DNA from: Eledone cirrhosa | Lineage: Eukaryota | Direction of reading: 5' to 3' | NCBI GenBank assembly: GCA_964016885.1 | Contig: OZ024741.1 | Span: forward strand, 411,804,001 to 411,868,000 | Length of the DNA: 64,000 bases | Part shown: positions 15,001 through 28,818 of the stretch, piece by piece | How positions within the stretch are numbered: position 1 is the first letter of the stretch | Layout: the number at the start of each line of letters is the position of its first letter | Program-made: the position numbers and the translations under genes | Notes under the pieces: generated by a model | Seen by the model: the letters and a program-made list of their open reading frames with translations, nothing else | What the model was told of the DNA's origin: nothing | Database searches by the model: none

Positions 15001-18000
15001 ATAGACATGTAATGTAGAGGGATGATGTCTGTTGTGTGAAGGGGAGACTGAGCTGGTATAGACATGTAATGTAGAGGGATGATGTCTGTTGTGTGAAGGG
15101 GACGGGAGACTGTGCTGGTATAGACATGTAATGTAGAGGGATGATGTCTGTTGTATGAAGGGGAGGGGAGACTGAGCTGGTATAGACATGTAATGTAGAG
15201 GGATGATGTCTGTTGTATGAAGGGGAGGGGAGACTGTGCTGGTATAGACATGTAATGTAGAGGGATGATGTCTGTTGTGTGAAGGGGACGGGAGACTGTG
15301 CTGGTATAGACATGTAATGTAGAGGGATGATGTCTGTTGTGTGAAGGGGAGGGGAGACTGAGCTGGTATAGACATGTAATGTAGAGGGATGATGACTGTT
15401 GTGTGAAGGGGTGGGGAGACTGTGCTGGTATAGACATGTAATGTAGAGGGATGATGACTGTTGTGTGAAGGGGAGGGGAGACTGAGCTGGTATAGACATG
15501 TAATGTAGAGGGATGATGTCTGTTGTATGAAGGGGAGGGGAGACTGTGCTGGTATAGACATGTAATGTAGAGGGATGATGTCTGTTGTGTGAAGGGGACG
15601 GGAGACTGTGCTGGTATAGACATGTAATGTAGAGGGATGATGTCTGTTGTATGAAGGGGAGGGGAGACTGAGCTGGTATAGACATGTAATGTAGAGGGAT
15701 GATGTCTGTTGTGTGAAGGGGACGGGAGACTGTGCTGGTATAGACATGTAATGTAGAGGGATGATGTCTGTTGTGTGAAGGGGACGGGAGACTGTGCTGG
15801 TATAGACATGTAATGTAGAGGGATGATGTCTGTTGTGTGAAGGGGAGGGGAGACTGAGCTGGTATAGACATGTAATGTAGAGGGATGATGACTGTTGTGT
15901 GAAGGGGAGGGGAGACTGAGCTGGTATAGACATGTAATGTAGAGGGATGATGTCTGTTGTGTGAAGGGGAGGGGAGACTGCTGGTATAGACATGTAATGT
16001 AGAGGGATGATGCCTGTTGTGTGAAGGGGAGGGGAGACTGCTGGTATAGACATGTAATGTAGAGGGATGATGACTGTTGTGTGAAGGGGAGGGGAGACTG
16101 TGCTGGTATAGACATGTAATGTAGAGGGATGATGTCTGTTGTGTGAAGGGGTGGGGAGACTGTGCTGGTATAGACATGTAATGTAGAGGGATGATGACTG
16201 TTGTGTGAAGGGGAGGGGAGACTGAGCTGGTATAGACATGTAATGTAGAGGGATGATGTCTGTTGTATGAAGGGGAGGGGAGACTGAGCTGGTATAGACA
16301 TGTAATGTAGAGGGATGATGTCTGTTGTATGAAGGGGAGGGGAGACTGTGCTGGTATAGACATGTAATGTAGAGGGATGATGTCTGTTGTGTGAAGGGGA
16401 CGGGAGACTGTGCTGGTATAGACATGTAATGTAGAGGGATGATGTCTGTTGTGTGAAGGGGAGGGGAGACTGAGCTGGTATAGACATGTAATGTAGAGGG
16501 ATGATGACTGTTGTGTGAAGGGGAGGGGAGACTGAGCTGGTATAGACATGTAATGTAGAGGGATGATGTCTGTTGTGTGAAGGGGAGGGGAGACTGCTGG
16601 TATAGACATGTAATGTAGAGGGATGATGCCTGTTGTGTGAAGGGGAGGGGAGACTGCTGGTATAGACATGTAATGTAGAGGGATGATGACTGTTGTGTGA
16701 AGGGGAGGGGAGACTGTGCTGGTATAGACATGTAATGTAGAGGGATGATGTCTGTTGTGTGAAGGGGTGGGGAGACTGTGCTGGTATAGACATGTAATGT
16801 AGAGGGATGATGACTGTTGTGTGAAGGGGAGGGGAGACTGAGCTGGTATAGACATGTAATGTAGAGGGATGATGACTGTTGTGTGAAGGGGAGGGGAGAC
16901 TGCTGGTATAGACATGTAATGTAGAGGGATGATGTCTGTTGTGTGAAGGGGTGGGGAGACTGTGCTGGTATAGACATGTAATGTAGAGGGATGATGACTG
17001 TTGTGTGAAGGGGAGGGGAGACTGAGCTGGTATAGACATGTAATGTAGAGGGATGATGACTGTTGTGTGAAGGGGAGGGGAGACTGCTGGTATAGACATG
17101 TAATGTAGAGGGATGATGTCTGTTGTGTGAAGGGGTGGGGAGACTGTGCTGGTATAGACATGTAATGTAGAGGGATGATGACTGTTGTGTGAAGGGGAGG
17201 GGAGACTGAGCTGGTATAGACATGTAATGTAGAGGGATGATGTCTGTTGTGTGAAGGGGAGGGGAGACTGCTGGTATAGACATGTAATGTAGAGGGATGA
17301 TGCCTGTTGTGTGAAGGGGAGGGGAGACTGCTGGTATAGACATGTAATGTAGAGGGATGATGACTGTTGTGTGAAGGGGAGGGGAGACTGTGCTGGTATA
17401 GACATGTAATGTAGAGGGATGATGTCTGTTGTGTGAAGGGGTGGGGAGACTGTGCTGGTATAGACATGTAATGTAGAGGGATGATGACTGTTGTGTGAAG
17501 GGGAGGGGAGACTGAGCTGGTATAGACATGTAATGTAGAGGGATGATGTCTGTTGTGTGAAGGGGAGGGGAGACTGAGCTGGTATAGACATGTAATGTAG
17601 AGGGATGATGTCTGTTGTGTGAAGGGGAGGGGAGACTGAGCTGGTATAGACATGTAATGTAGAGGGATGATGTCTGTTGTGTGAAGGGGACGGGAGACTG
17701 TGCTGGTATAGACATGTAATGTAGAGGGATGATGTCTGTTGTGTGAAGGGGAGACTGAGCTGGTATAGACATGTAATGTAGAGGGATGATGTCTGTTGTG
17801 TGAAGGGGACGGGAGACTGTGCTGGTATAGACATGTAATGTAGAGGGATGATGTCTGTTGTATGAAGGGGAGGGGAGACTGAGCTGGTATAGACATGTAA
17901 TGTAGAGGGATGATGTCTGTTGTATGAAGGGGAGGGGAGACTGTGCTGGTATAGACATGTAATGTAGAGGGATGATGTCTGTTGTGTGAAGGGGACGGGA

Positions 18001-21000
18001 GACTGTGCTGGTATAGACATGTAATGTAGAGGGATGATGTCTGTTGTGTGAAGGGGAGGGGAGACTGAGCTGGTATAGACATGTAATGTAGAGGGATGAT
18101 GACTGTTGTGTGAAGGGGTGGGGAGACTGTGCTGGTATAGACATGTAATGTAGAGGGATGATGACTGTTGTGTGAAGGGGAGGGGAGACTGAGCTGGTAT
18201 AGACATGTAATGTAGAGGGATGATGTCTGTTGTATGAAGGGGAGGGGAGACTGTGCTGGTATAGACATGTAATGTAGAGGGATGATGTCTGTTGTGTGAA
18301 GGGGACGGGAGACTGTGCTGGTATAGACATGTAATGTAGAGGGATGATGTCTGTTGTATGAAGGGGAGGGGAGACTGAGCTGGTATAGACATGTAATGTA
18401 GAGGGATGATGTCTGTTGTGTGAAGGGGACGGGAGACTGTGCTGGTATAGACATGTAATGTAGAGGGATGATGTCTGTTGTGTGAAGGGGACGGGAGACT
18501 GTGCTGGTATAGACATGTAATGTAGAGGGATGATGTCTGTTGTGTGAAGGGGAGGGGAGACTGAGCTGGTATAGACATGTAATGTAGAGGGATGATGACT
18601 GTTGTGTGAAGGGGAGGGGAGACTGAGCTGGTATAGACATGTAATGTAGAGGGATGATGTCTGTTGTGTGAAGGGGAGGGGAGACTGCTGGTATAGACAT
18701 GTAATGTAGAGGGATGATGCCTGTTGTGTGAAGGGGAGGGGAGACTGCTGGTATAGACATGTAATGTAGAGGGATGATGACTGTTGTGTGAAGGGGAGGG
18801 GAGACTGTGCTGGTATAGACATGTAATGTAGAGGGATGATGTCTGTTGTGTGAAGGGGTGGGGAGACTGTGCTGGTATAGACATGTAATGTAGAGGGATG
18901 ATGACTGTTGTGTGAAGGGGAGGGGAGACTGAGCTGGTATAGACATGTAATGTAGAGGGATGATGTCTGTTGTATGAAGGGGAGGGGAGACTGAGCTGGT
19001 ATAGACATGTAATGTAGAGGGATGATGTCTGTTGTATGAAGGGGAGGGGAGACTGTGCTGGTATAGACATGTAATGTAGAGGGATGATGTCTGTTGTGTG
19101 AAGGGGACGGGAGACTGTGCTGGTATAGACATGTAATGTAGAGGGATGATGTCTGTTGTGTGAAGGGGAGGGGAGACTGAGCTGGTATAGACATGTAATG
19201 TAGAGGGATGATGACTGTTGTGTGAAGGGGAGGGGAGACTGAGCTGGTATAGACATGTAATGTAGAGGGATGATGTCTGTTGTGTGAAGGGGAGGGGAGA
19301 CTGCTGGTATAGACATGTAATGTAGAGGGATGATGCCTGTTGTGTGAAGGGGAGGGGAGACTGCTGGTATAGACATGTAATGTAGAGGGATGATGACTGT
19401 TGTGTGAAGGGGAGGGGAGACTGTGCTGGTATAGACATGTAATGTAGAGGGATGATGTCTGTTGTGTGAAGGGGTGGGGAGACTGTGCTGGTATAGACAT
19501 GTAATGTAGAGGGATGATGACTGTTGTGTGAAGGGGAGGGGAGACTGAGCTGGTATAGACATGTAATGTAGAGGGATGATGACTGTTGTGTGAAGGGGAG
19601 GGGAGACTGCTGGTATAGACATGTAATGTAGAGGGATGATGTCTGTTGTGTGAAGGGGTGGGGAGACTGTGCTGGTATAGACATGTAATGTAGAGGGATG
19701 ATGACTGTTGTGTGAAGGGGAGGGGAGACTGAGCTGGTATAGACATGTAATGTAGAGGGATGATGACTGTTGTGTGAAGGGGAGGGGAGACTGCTGGTAT
19801 AGACATGTAATGTAGAGGGATGATGTCTGTTGTGTGAAGGGGTGGGGAGACTGTGCTGGTATAGACATGTAATGTAGAGGGATGATGACTGTTGTGTGAA
19901 GGGGAGGGGAGACTGAGCTGGTATAGACATGTAATGTAGAGGGATGATGTCTGTTGTGTGAAGGGGAGGGGAGACTGCTGGTATAGACATGTAATGTAGA
20001 GGGATGATGCCTGTTGTGTGAAGGGGAGGGGAGACTGCTGGTATAGACATGTAATGTAGAGGGATGATGACTGTTGTGTGAAGGGGAGGGGAGACTGTGC
20101 TGGTATAGACATGTAATGTAGAGGGATGATGTCTGTTGTGTGAAGGGGTGGGGAGACTGTGCTGGTATAGACATGTAATGTAGAGGGATGATGACTGTTG
20201 TGTGAAGGGGAGGGGAGACTGAGCTGGTATAGACATGTAATGTAGAGGGATGATGTCTGTTGTGTGAAGGGGAGGGGAGACTGCTGGTATAGACATGTAA
20301 TGTAGAGGGATGATGACTGTTGTGTGAAGGGGAGGGGAGACTGTGCTGGTATAGACATGTAATGTAGAGGGATGATGACTGTTGTGTGAAGGGGAGGGGA
20401 GACTGTGCTGGTATAGACATGTAATGTAGAGGGATGATGTCTGTTGTGTGAAGGGGAGGGGAGACTGCTGGTATAGACATGTAATGTAGAGGGATGATGT
20501 CTGTTGTGTGAAGGGGTGGGGAGACTGTGCTGGTATAGACATGTAATGTAGAGGGATGATGTCTGTTGTGTGAAGGGGAGGGGAGACTGTGCTGGTATAG
20601 ACATGTAATGTAGAGGGATGATGTCTGTTGTGTGAAGGGGAGGGGAGACTGTGCTGGTATAGACATGTAATGTAGAGGGATGATGTCTGTTGTGTGAAGG
20701 GGAGGGGAGACTGTGCTGGTATAGACATGTAATGTAGAGGGATGATGTCTGTTGTGTGAAGGGGAGGGGAGACTGTGCTGGTATAGACATGTAATGTAGA
20801 GGGATGATGACTGTTGTGTGAAGGGGAGGGGAGACTGTGCTGGTATAGACATGTAATGTAGAGGGATGATGTCTGTTGTGTGAAGGGGAGGGGAGACTGC
20901 TGGTATAGACATGTAATGTAGAGGGATGATGTCTGTTGTGTGAAGGGGAGGGGAGACTGAGCTGGTATAGACATGTAATGTAGAGGGATGATGTCTGTTG

Positions 21001-21616
21001 TGTGAAGGGGAGGGGAGACTGTGCTGGTATAGACATGTAATGTAGAGGGATGATGTCTGTTGTGTGAAGGGGAGGGGAGACTGAGCTGGTATAGACATGT
21101 AATGTAGAGGGATGATGTCTGTTGTGTGAAGGGGAGGGGAGACTGTGCTGGTATAGACATGTAATGTAGAGGGATGATGTCTGTTGTGTGAAGGAGAGGG
21201 GAGACTGTGCTGGTATAGACATGTAATGTAGAGGGATGATGTCTGTTGTGTGAAGGGGAGGGGAGACTGTGCTGGTATAGACATGTAATGTAGAGGGATG
21301 ATGTCTGTTGTGTGAAGGAGAGGGGAGACTGTGCTGGTATAGACATGTAATGTAGAGGGATGATGTCTGTAGTGTGAAGGGGAGGGGAGACTGTGCTGGT
21401 ATAGACATGTAATGTAGAGGGATGATGTCTGTTGTGTGAAGGGGAGGGGAGACTGTGCTGGTATAGACATGTAATGTAGAGGGATGATGACTGTTGTGTG
21501 AAGGGGAGGGGAGACTGTGCTGGTATAGACATGTAATGTAGAGGGATGATGTCTGTTGTGTGAAGGGGAGGGGAGACTGCTGGTATAGACATGTAATGTA
21601 GAGGGATGATGTCTGT
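1..21616 (+). repeat. 62-bp tandem satellite (about 349 monomers; continues past the window start), derived from RTE LINE coding sequence
   Basis: Monomer GTCTGTTGTGTGAAGGGGAGGGGAGACTGTGCTGGTATAGACATGTAATGTAGAGGGATGAT repeats uninterrupted with a few recurrent variants (57- and 60-bp deletion monomers, SNVs). Confidence 0.98.
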
Positions 21617-21750
21617 GAGGCAAAGACGTACAAGGTGTTCCTAGTGGAAGGAAGCTGTGGAAGAGGAAGACCAAGAAAGACATGGGCAGAGGTGGTAAAA
21701 GTTGATGTCAGGAGGCTGAACCTCACAAAGATGACTACACAGGAAAGAGA
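21617..21750 (+). mobile_element. Single-copy RTE LINE C-terminal remnant linking the two satellites
   Basis: Translates as VEGSCGRGRPRKTWAEVVKVDVRRLNL, the GRP-KTW motif also present in the RTE copies at 25122-25889, 35980-36423 and 49150-49240. Confidence 0.88.
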
Positions 21751-24218
21751 TGGTGTACCAGTGAGGGCCTGTCTAACCCATGGAGAGGTGGTGTACCAGT
21801 GAGGGCCTGTCTAACCCATGGAGAGGTGGTGTACCAGTGAGGACCTGTCTAACCCATGGAGAGGTGGTGTACCAGTGAGGACCTGTCTAACGCATGCAGA
21901 GATGGTGATGGTGTTCCAGTGAGGGCCTGTCAAACCCATGGAGAGGTGGTGATGGTGTACCTGTGAGGGCCTGTCTAACCTATGGAGAGGTGGTGTACCA
22001 GTGAGGATCTGTCTAACCCATGGAGAGGTGGTGTACCAGTGAGGACCTGTCTAACCCATGGAGAGGTGGTGTACCAGTGAGGACCTGTCTAACCCATGTA
22101 GAGGTGGTGTATCAGTGAAGGCCTGTGTAACCCATGTAGAGGTGGTGTACCAGTGAAGGCCTGTCTAACCCATGCAGAGATGGTGATGGTGTACCAGTGA
22201 GAGCCTGTCTAACCCATGGAGAGGTGGTGTACCTGTGAGGGCCTGTCTAACCCATGGAGAGGTGGTGTATCAGTGAAGGCCTGTGTAACCCATGTAGAGG
22301 TGGTGTACCAGTGAAGGCCTGTCTAACCCATGCAGAGATGGTGATGGTGTACCAGTGAGAGCCTGTCTAACCCATGGAGAGGTGGTGTACCTGTGAGGGC
22401 CTGTCTAACCCATGTAGAGGTGGTGTATCAGTGAAGGCCTGTGTAACCCATGTAGAGGTGGTGTACCAGTGAAGGCCTGTCTAACCCATGCAGAGATGGT
22501 GATGGTGTACCAGTGAGAGCCTGTCTAACCCATGGAGAGGTGGTGTACCTGTGAGGGCCTGTCTAACCCATGGAGAGGTGGTGTATCAGTGAAGGCCTGT
22601 GTAACCCATGTAGGGGTGGTGTACCAGTGAGGACCTGTCTAACCCATGTAGAGGTGGTGTACCAGTGAGGGCCTATCTAACCCATGTAGAGGTGGTGATG
22701 GTGTACAAGTGAGGGCCTGTCTAACCCATGTAGAGGTGGTGTACCAGTGAGGGCCTGTCTAACCCATGGAGAGGTGGTGTACCATTGAGGACCTGTCTAA
22801 CCCATTTAGAGGTGGTGTACCAGTGAGGGCTTGTCTAACCCATGGAGAGGTGGTGTACCAGTGAGGAAATTTCTAACCCATGTAGAGGTGGTGTACCAGT
22901 GAGGGCCTGTCTAACCCATGTAGAGGTGGTGTACCAGTGAGGACCTGTCTAACCTATATAGAGGTGCTGTATTAGTGAGGACCTGTCTAACCCATGGAGA
23001 TATGGTGTACCAGTGAGGACCTGTCTAACCCATGTAGAGGTGGTGTACCAGTGAGGACCTGTCTAACCCATGGAGAGGTGGTGATGGTGTACCAGTGAGG
23101 GCCTGTCTAACCCATGTAGGGGTGGTGTACCAGTGAGGGCCTGTCTAACCCATGTAGGGGTGGTGTACCAGTGAGGACCTGTCTAACCCATGTAGAGGTG
23201 GTGTATCAATGAGGATCTGTCTAACCCATGGAGAGGTGGTGATGGTGTACCAGTGAGGGCCTGTGTAACCCATGGAGAGGTGGTGATGGTGTACCAGTGA
23301 GGGCCTGTGTAACCCATGTAGGGGTGGTGTACCAGTGAGGGCCTGTCTAACCCATGGAGAGGTGGTGATGGTGTACCAGTGAGGGCCTGTGTAACCCATG
23401 TAGGGGTGGTGTACCAGTGAGGACCTGTCTAACCCATGGAGAGGTGGTGATGGTGTACCAGTGAGGGCCTGTCTAACCCATGTAGGGGTGGTGTACCAGT
23501 GAGGGCCTGTCTAACCCATGTAGGGGTGGTGTACCAGTGAGGACCTGTCTAACCCATGTAGAGGTGGTGTATCAATGAGGATCTGTCTAACCCATGGAGA
23601 GGTGGTGATGGTGTACCAGTGAGGGCCTGTGTAACCCATGGAGAGGTGGTGATGGTGTACCAGTGAGGGCCTGTGTAACCCATGTAGGGGTGGTGTACCA
23701 GTGAGGGCCTGTCTAACCCATGGAGAGGTGGTGATGGTGTACCAGTGAGGGCCTGTGTAACCCATGTAGGGGTGGTGTACCAGTGAGGGCCTGTCTAACC
23801 CATGGAGAGGTGGTGATGGTGTACCAGTGAGGGCCTGTGTAACCCATGTAGGGGTGGTGTACCAGTGAGGACCTGTCTAACCCATGGAGAGGTGGTGATG
23901 GTGTACCAGTGAGGGCCTGTGTAACCCATGTAGGGGTGGTGTACCAGTGAGGGCCTGTCTAACCCATGTAGAGGTGGTGTACCAATGAGGATCTGTCTAA
24001 CCCATGGAGAGGTGGTGATGGTGTACCAGTGAGGACCTGTCTAACCCATGTAGAGGTGGTGTACCAGTGAGGAGCTGTCTAACCCATGGAGAGGTGGTGA
24101 TGGTGTACCAGTGAGGGCCTGTCTAACCCATGGAGAGATGGTGTACCAGTGAGGACCTGTCTAACCGATGGAGAGGTGGTGTACCAGTGAGAGCCTGTCT
24201 AACCCATAGAGAGGTGGT
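21745..24218 (+). repeat. 38/44-bp minisatellite derived from the RTE 3' end
   Basis: Unit TGGAGAGGTGGTGTACCAGTGAGGGCCTGTCTAACCCA, with or without a GTGATG insert. The core AGGACCTGTCTAACCCATG matches AGGACCTGTCCAACCCATG of the RTE copy at ~49288. Internal 158-bp and 366-bp higher-order duplications are visible. Confidence 0.95.
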
Positions 24219-24703
24219 GAAAGAAAGCACACCTCATAAAGGAGATGACACAGGAATGAGACAATGGAGAGAGATTTTGAACTGGGGAGGACTTGGGGTA
24301 ATCCATGTAAAACTATAATGGTGATGATGAATGAATCACGATTCACTCATCATCACCATTATAGTTTCATGTGAATATGTTTTTCCCTATTTTGGTAGAA
24401 TTTTACAGATTTGGCTGTGAATTCTTGCAAGTTGAGTGATAACATAGCAGATAGCTTGTTGGGCTAATTGTGAGTTGGGAGAGGGACACATCTCCCAGAA
24501 ACCATGTTGATTCTCTTGAGAATATTTTACTTCTCTATTTTGTGTATATACTCAGTTATCTCCCTTCGTATTTCTCTCAGTCAGGTAAATCTAATGAGAA
24601 TTATATTTAAATTAAACCATTCCATCGTTATTTTATGTAAACACCTTTTCAATCCTATTTTAACACTTTTCATGAAAAGCTGTTGGTTTTAAAGTATTTA
24701 TAT

Positions 24704-24704
<1 letters not shown>

Positions 24705-24739
<35 letters not shown>

Positions 24740-27715
24740 TTCTTCGTTTAACGTCCATTTTCCACGCTAGCATGGGTTAGACGGGAGTTGTCCCACTTGA
24801 GGCAAGGTTGGTCGGGTGACCATGTCTCGCTCATGTAGGACTATCTGGCAGGTTTTCTATGGCTGGATGCCCTTCCTAACACCAACCACGTTTACAGTGT
24901 GGACTGGGAGGTTTTTACCGTGCTACCTACACGGCCACATTACAGCGTGGACTGTGTGTTTTTTCTCGTGACACCTACATGATCTCGATCTCGATCTCAT
25001 TATCTCATTTATTTGGACTGGATGTTGTGGTACCAACTTTATAGAGAGGAGGTGCTGTTTGTGGGAGTGGGAGGATAGGGTAGGGATAGTGGATTGGGGT
25101 GTATATTTGGTTAAGAGGTGCCTACTGACTGTAGGTTTCGCTTTGTACATAGGCAAGGCGGGTCTTCTGTATTACTGCGTAGCACCAAAGATCTCGGTCC
25201 AGTGACATTGTCTTTGAGAGGTGCAAGTGTGTAAGGTCGGAATTTATCAGATCGTCCCAGGTGTTTCTGGGTCTACCTACTCCGTAACTACCATCAATTT
25301 TCATTGCCCTGCACTTTTTTATACAGCTGTCATCTTTCATGTGCATCACGTGACCATACCAACGTAGTCTTCTCTCGAGTAAACAGCATCTGATTCCTCT
25401 TATTCCTAATTTCTCACTTAGTTCATTTATGCTTTGCCGTTCACGTCTATTACTATTACACATCCAACGGAGCATGCATGCTTCGTTCCTTTCCAGTCTA
25501 TGCAGGTCCTCTGCACGTAATGCCCATGTCTCACTGCCATGTAGCATTGCTGTTCGTATACAAGCATCATACAATCTGCCTTTCATTTTTAGAGAGAAAC
25601 CTTTTGTGGCCAACAGTGGTATAAGCTCTCTGAACTTTTTCCATCCCATTCTGACTCTGGCTACTGTACTTTCAGAACACCCTCCACCACTGCTGATTTT
25701 GTCACCCAGGTAACGGAAAGTGTCTACTATTTCTATAGAACCATCTGGGCAATAGAAGGGGCTTATATCCTGTGGAGACTTGCTACTTATTACACCTGAG
25801 CATCGGCCACATATAAAGTCTACGTTCTTAGATAGTTTACCTGTGATCCCACTACATCTTTTATGTACCCTAGTTTGCATTTGGGACATAAAATTGAATT
25901 TCTGCCTACTCCTTTCCTACACACTGAGCAAGGCCATTTCCCTGACGGTACCTGTGCCTTATTTTCCTTTCTACAAACTAGACTTTAGTCTTAGACAAGT
26001 TAACTTTAAGGCCTTTTGATTCTAGGCCATGCTTCCATGTTTGGAATTTCTTTTCTAGTTCAGCCATTGATTCAGCTATGAGCGTTAGATCATCTGCGTA
26101 TAGGAGTTCCCATAGGCAGCCGGTCTTGAACTCCTCTGTTATAGCCTGAAGGGCAATAATAAATAGGAGGAGCCTTGGTGAACATCAACTTTTACACTAA
26201 ATTCTTCACAATATTCATTGTTAATTCTAACCTGGCTGACTGTTTCATTATACATAGCTTGTATAGCTCTCACAAGCCATTCATCTACACCTAGTTTTCT
26301 AAGAGCCCACCAGATAATGGAGCGGGGGACTCTGTCAAAGGCTTTTTCCAGGTCTACAAAAGCTAAGTAGAGGGGTTTACTTTTAGCTATGTACTTCTCT
26401 TGTAGTTGTCGTACAAGGAAAGGAGCGTCTGTGGTACTTTTACCTGACACAAACCCAAACTGCATTTCATCTAGATCAATTCGCTCTCTGATTAGTTGTG
26501 CTATAACTCTTCCTGTGACCTTCATGACCTGGTCAACTAACTTAATGCCTCTATAGTTTCCTCTATCTAGAGCATCTCCTTTACCCTTGTAGCAGTTAAT
26601 GATGATGCTGCTACGCCAGTCTTTTGGTATGACCCCATTCTGTATTACTTGGTTTACTATACGGGTGACCATAGTATGTCCTACCATTCCAGATGCCTTC
26701 AACATCTCAGCAACTATCTCCGAAGGCCCAGCTGCTTTGCCTGTCTTCATATCTTTGATTGCCTTACTTATTATACTACCTTTAACTTGCACCACTGGTC
26801 CTTCTATTGGATCGATGTGGGGGAGACTGTCTTTCGCTCATTTATTCTCCTCATTTAATAGTCTCTAGTAGTGACACCTCCAGGCTATCTTCTTATCAGC
26901 ATCAGTGAGGGCAAGTACACCGTTATCATTATGGACACACTTCTCCCCGACAATATCATGGTTTTCCTTGACACATTGTCTAGCAATCCTGAACACCTCG
27001 CGTTTTTGGTCTTCATGTTGTAGAGCATGCTTGAACTTTCTTTCCTCTGCTTCTCTTTTTGCAAGGTACACTTGTCTCCTAGCTTTGCTCCTGGCCACTT
27101 GATAGTGCTCTCTACTTCCCCCATCCTGCCATATTTTCCAAGCCTGCTTTTTGGCCTCAATTGTCTCTTCTACCTTACTGTTCCACCACCAAGTTACTCT
27201 CCCCCTGCCAATAGGTCTGCTCCAGCCACAGATTTCATCCGTTGCTTTCAGCAGGTTAACTTTCAAGAATTGCCACTGTTCCTCTCTATTGCACGTCTTT
27301 AATTGCTCTTCCTTATTGTCAAAGGCATCAAGTAATAAACTTTTAAATTTCTCACTGGCTATGGGGTCCTTCAACTTCCATATTCTTCTCCTCAAGGTAG
27401 GCCTCCTCTGTCATCGAGTACGTCTATTTCTGACTATGAGGTCACTAACTACTAGGCTATGTTGGGAGATGCATTCTTCACGGGGGAGGGATTTAGTGTT
27501 TACAACAGACACTTTGTCCCGTCTTCTAGTAAGGATATAATCTATCTGGCTGGCGTGTTCCCCTGATCTATAGGTGATCAAGTGGTTTTCACGTTTTTTG
27601 AAGTTTGTGTTACAGATAGTTAGGTTATTGGCGTCACAGAATTCCAGGATTCAAGCCTTCCTCATTTCTATTTCCAACCCCATAGCCTCCATGGATTTCA
27701 TCATAGCCATCACTA
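24705..27715 (-). mobile_element. RTE-clade LINE, 5'-truncated and degenerate (end of AP endonuclease, RT, Cys-rich finger, C-terminus, (GAT)n tail)
   Basis: ORF fragments contain NYRGIKL, QFGF, FVDLEKAFDRVPR, LLYADDL, YLGD, HGSETW and RLRWYGHV, with endonuclease-type SQIDYIL at ~27530; many stops and frameshifts; (CAT)n at 24705-24740. Confidence 0.95.
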
Positions 27716-27892
27716 TATATATATATATTAAAATCTTTCATCATAGCTTTATATAAGAACGTTTGTTAAGTTATGCCCCAAGCACTTAGAAATATTAGAT
27801 TATTTTCAAAATTACTTGAAAATTTTAGGCGTTATTTTCCGTTAGAAATATGGTGACAAAACAGCTAATTTCTGGCATTGACACAAGGTCCA

Positions 27893-28818
27893 CAATAGGT
27901 ACACTGTATCCCTGTGTATCAGGTTTACAATAGGTACACTGTATCCCTGTGTATATCTGGTTTACAATAGGTACACTGTATCCCTGTGTATATCTGGTTT
28001 ACAATAGGTACACTGTATCCCTGTGTATCAGGTTTACAATAGGTACACTATCCCTGTGTATATCTGGTTTACAATAGGTACACTGTATCCCTGTGTATAT
28101 CTGGTTTACAATAGGTACACTGTATCCCTGTATATCTGGTTTACAATAGGTACACTGTATCCCTGTGTATATCTGGTTTACAATAGGTACACTGTATCCC
28201 TGTGTATATCAGGTTTACGATAGGTACACTGTATCCCTGTGTATATCTGGTTTACAATAGGTACACTGTATCCCTGTGTATATCTGGTTTACAATAGGTA
28301 CACTGTATCCCTGTGTATATCTGGTTTACAATAGGTACACTGTATCCCTGTGTATATCTGGTTTACAATAGGTACACTGTATCCCTGTGTATATCTGGTT
28401 TACAATAGGTACACTGTATCCCTGTGTATCAGGTTTACAATAGGTACACTATCCCTGTGTATATCTGGTTTACAATAGGTACACTGTATCCCTGTGTATA
28501 TCTAGTATACAATAGGTACACTGTGTCCCTGTATATACCTGGTTTACAATAGGTACACTGTATTCCTGTATATACCTGGTTTACAATAGGTATACTGTAT
28601 CCCTGTATATACCTGGTTTACAATAGGTACACTGTATCCCTGTATATACCTGGTTTACAATAGGTACACTGTATCCCTGTATATACCTGGTTTACAATAG
28701 GTATACTGTATCCCTGTATATACCTGGTTTACAATAGGTACACTGTATCCCTGTATATACCTGGTTTACAATAGGTATACTGTATCCCTGTATATACCTG
28801 GTTTACAATAGGTACACT
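27893..28818. repeat. 35-37-bp minisatellite
   Basis: Unit CAATAGGTACACTGTATCCCTGTGTATATCTGGTTTA; a degenerate related copy sits at ~28950-28985. Confidence 0.95.

Noticed and set aside
23145-23765. Two identical 84-aa ORFs
   Set aside because: They come from a 366-bp duplication inside the 38/44-bp minisatellite.
1-24218. CRISPR-like array or information-coding repeat
   Set aside because: Monomers are contiguous with no unique spacers, there are no cas genes, and the context is eukaryotic; the variants are explained by block duplication.
24380-24480. Possible extra NOA1 exon after TTTTACAG
   Set aside because: No NOA1-like peptide and no convincing donor; it looks like degenerate repeat sequence.
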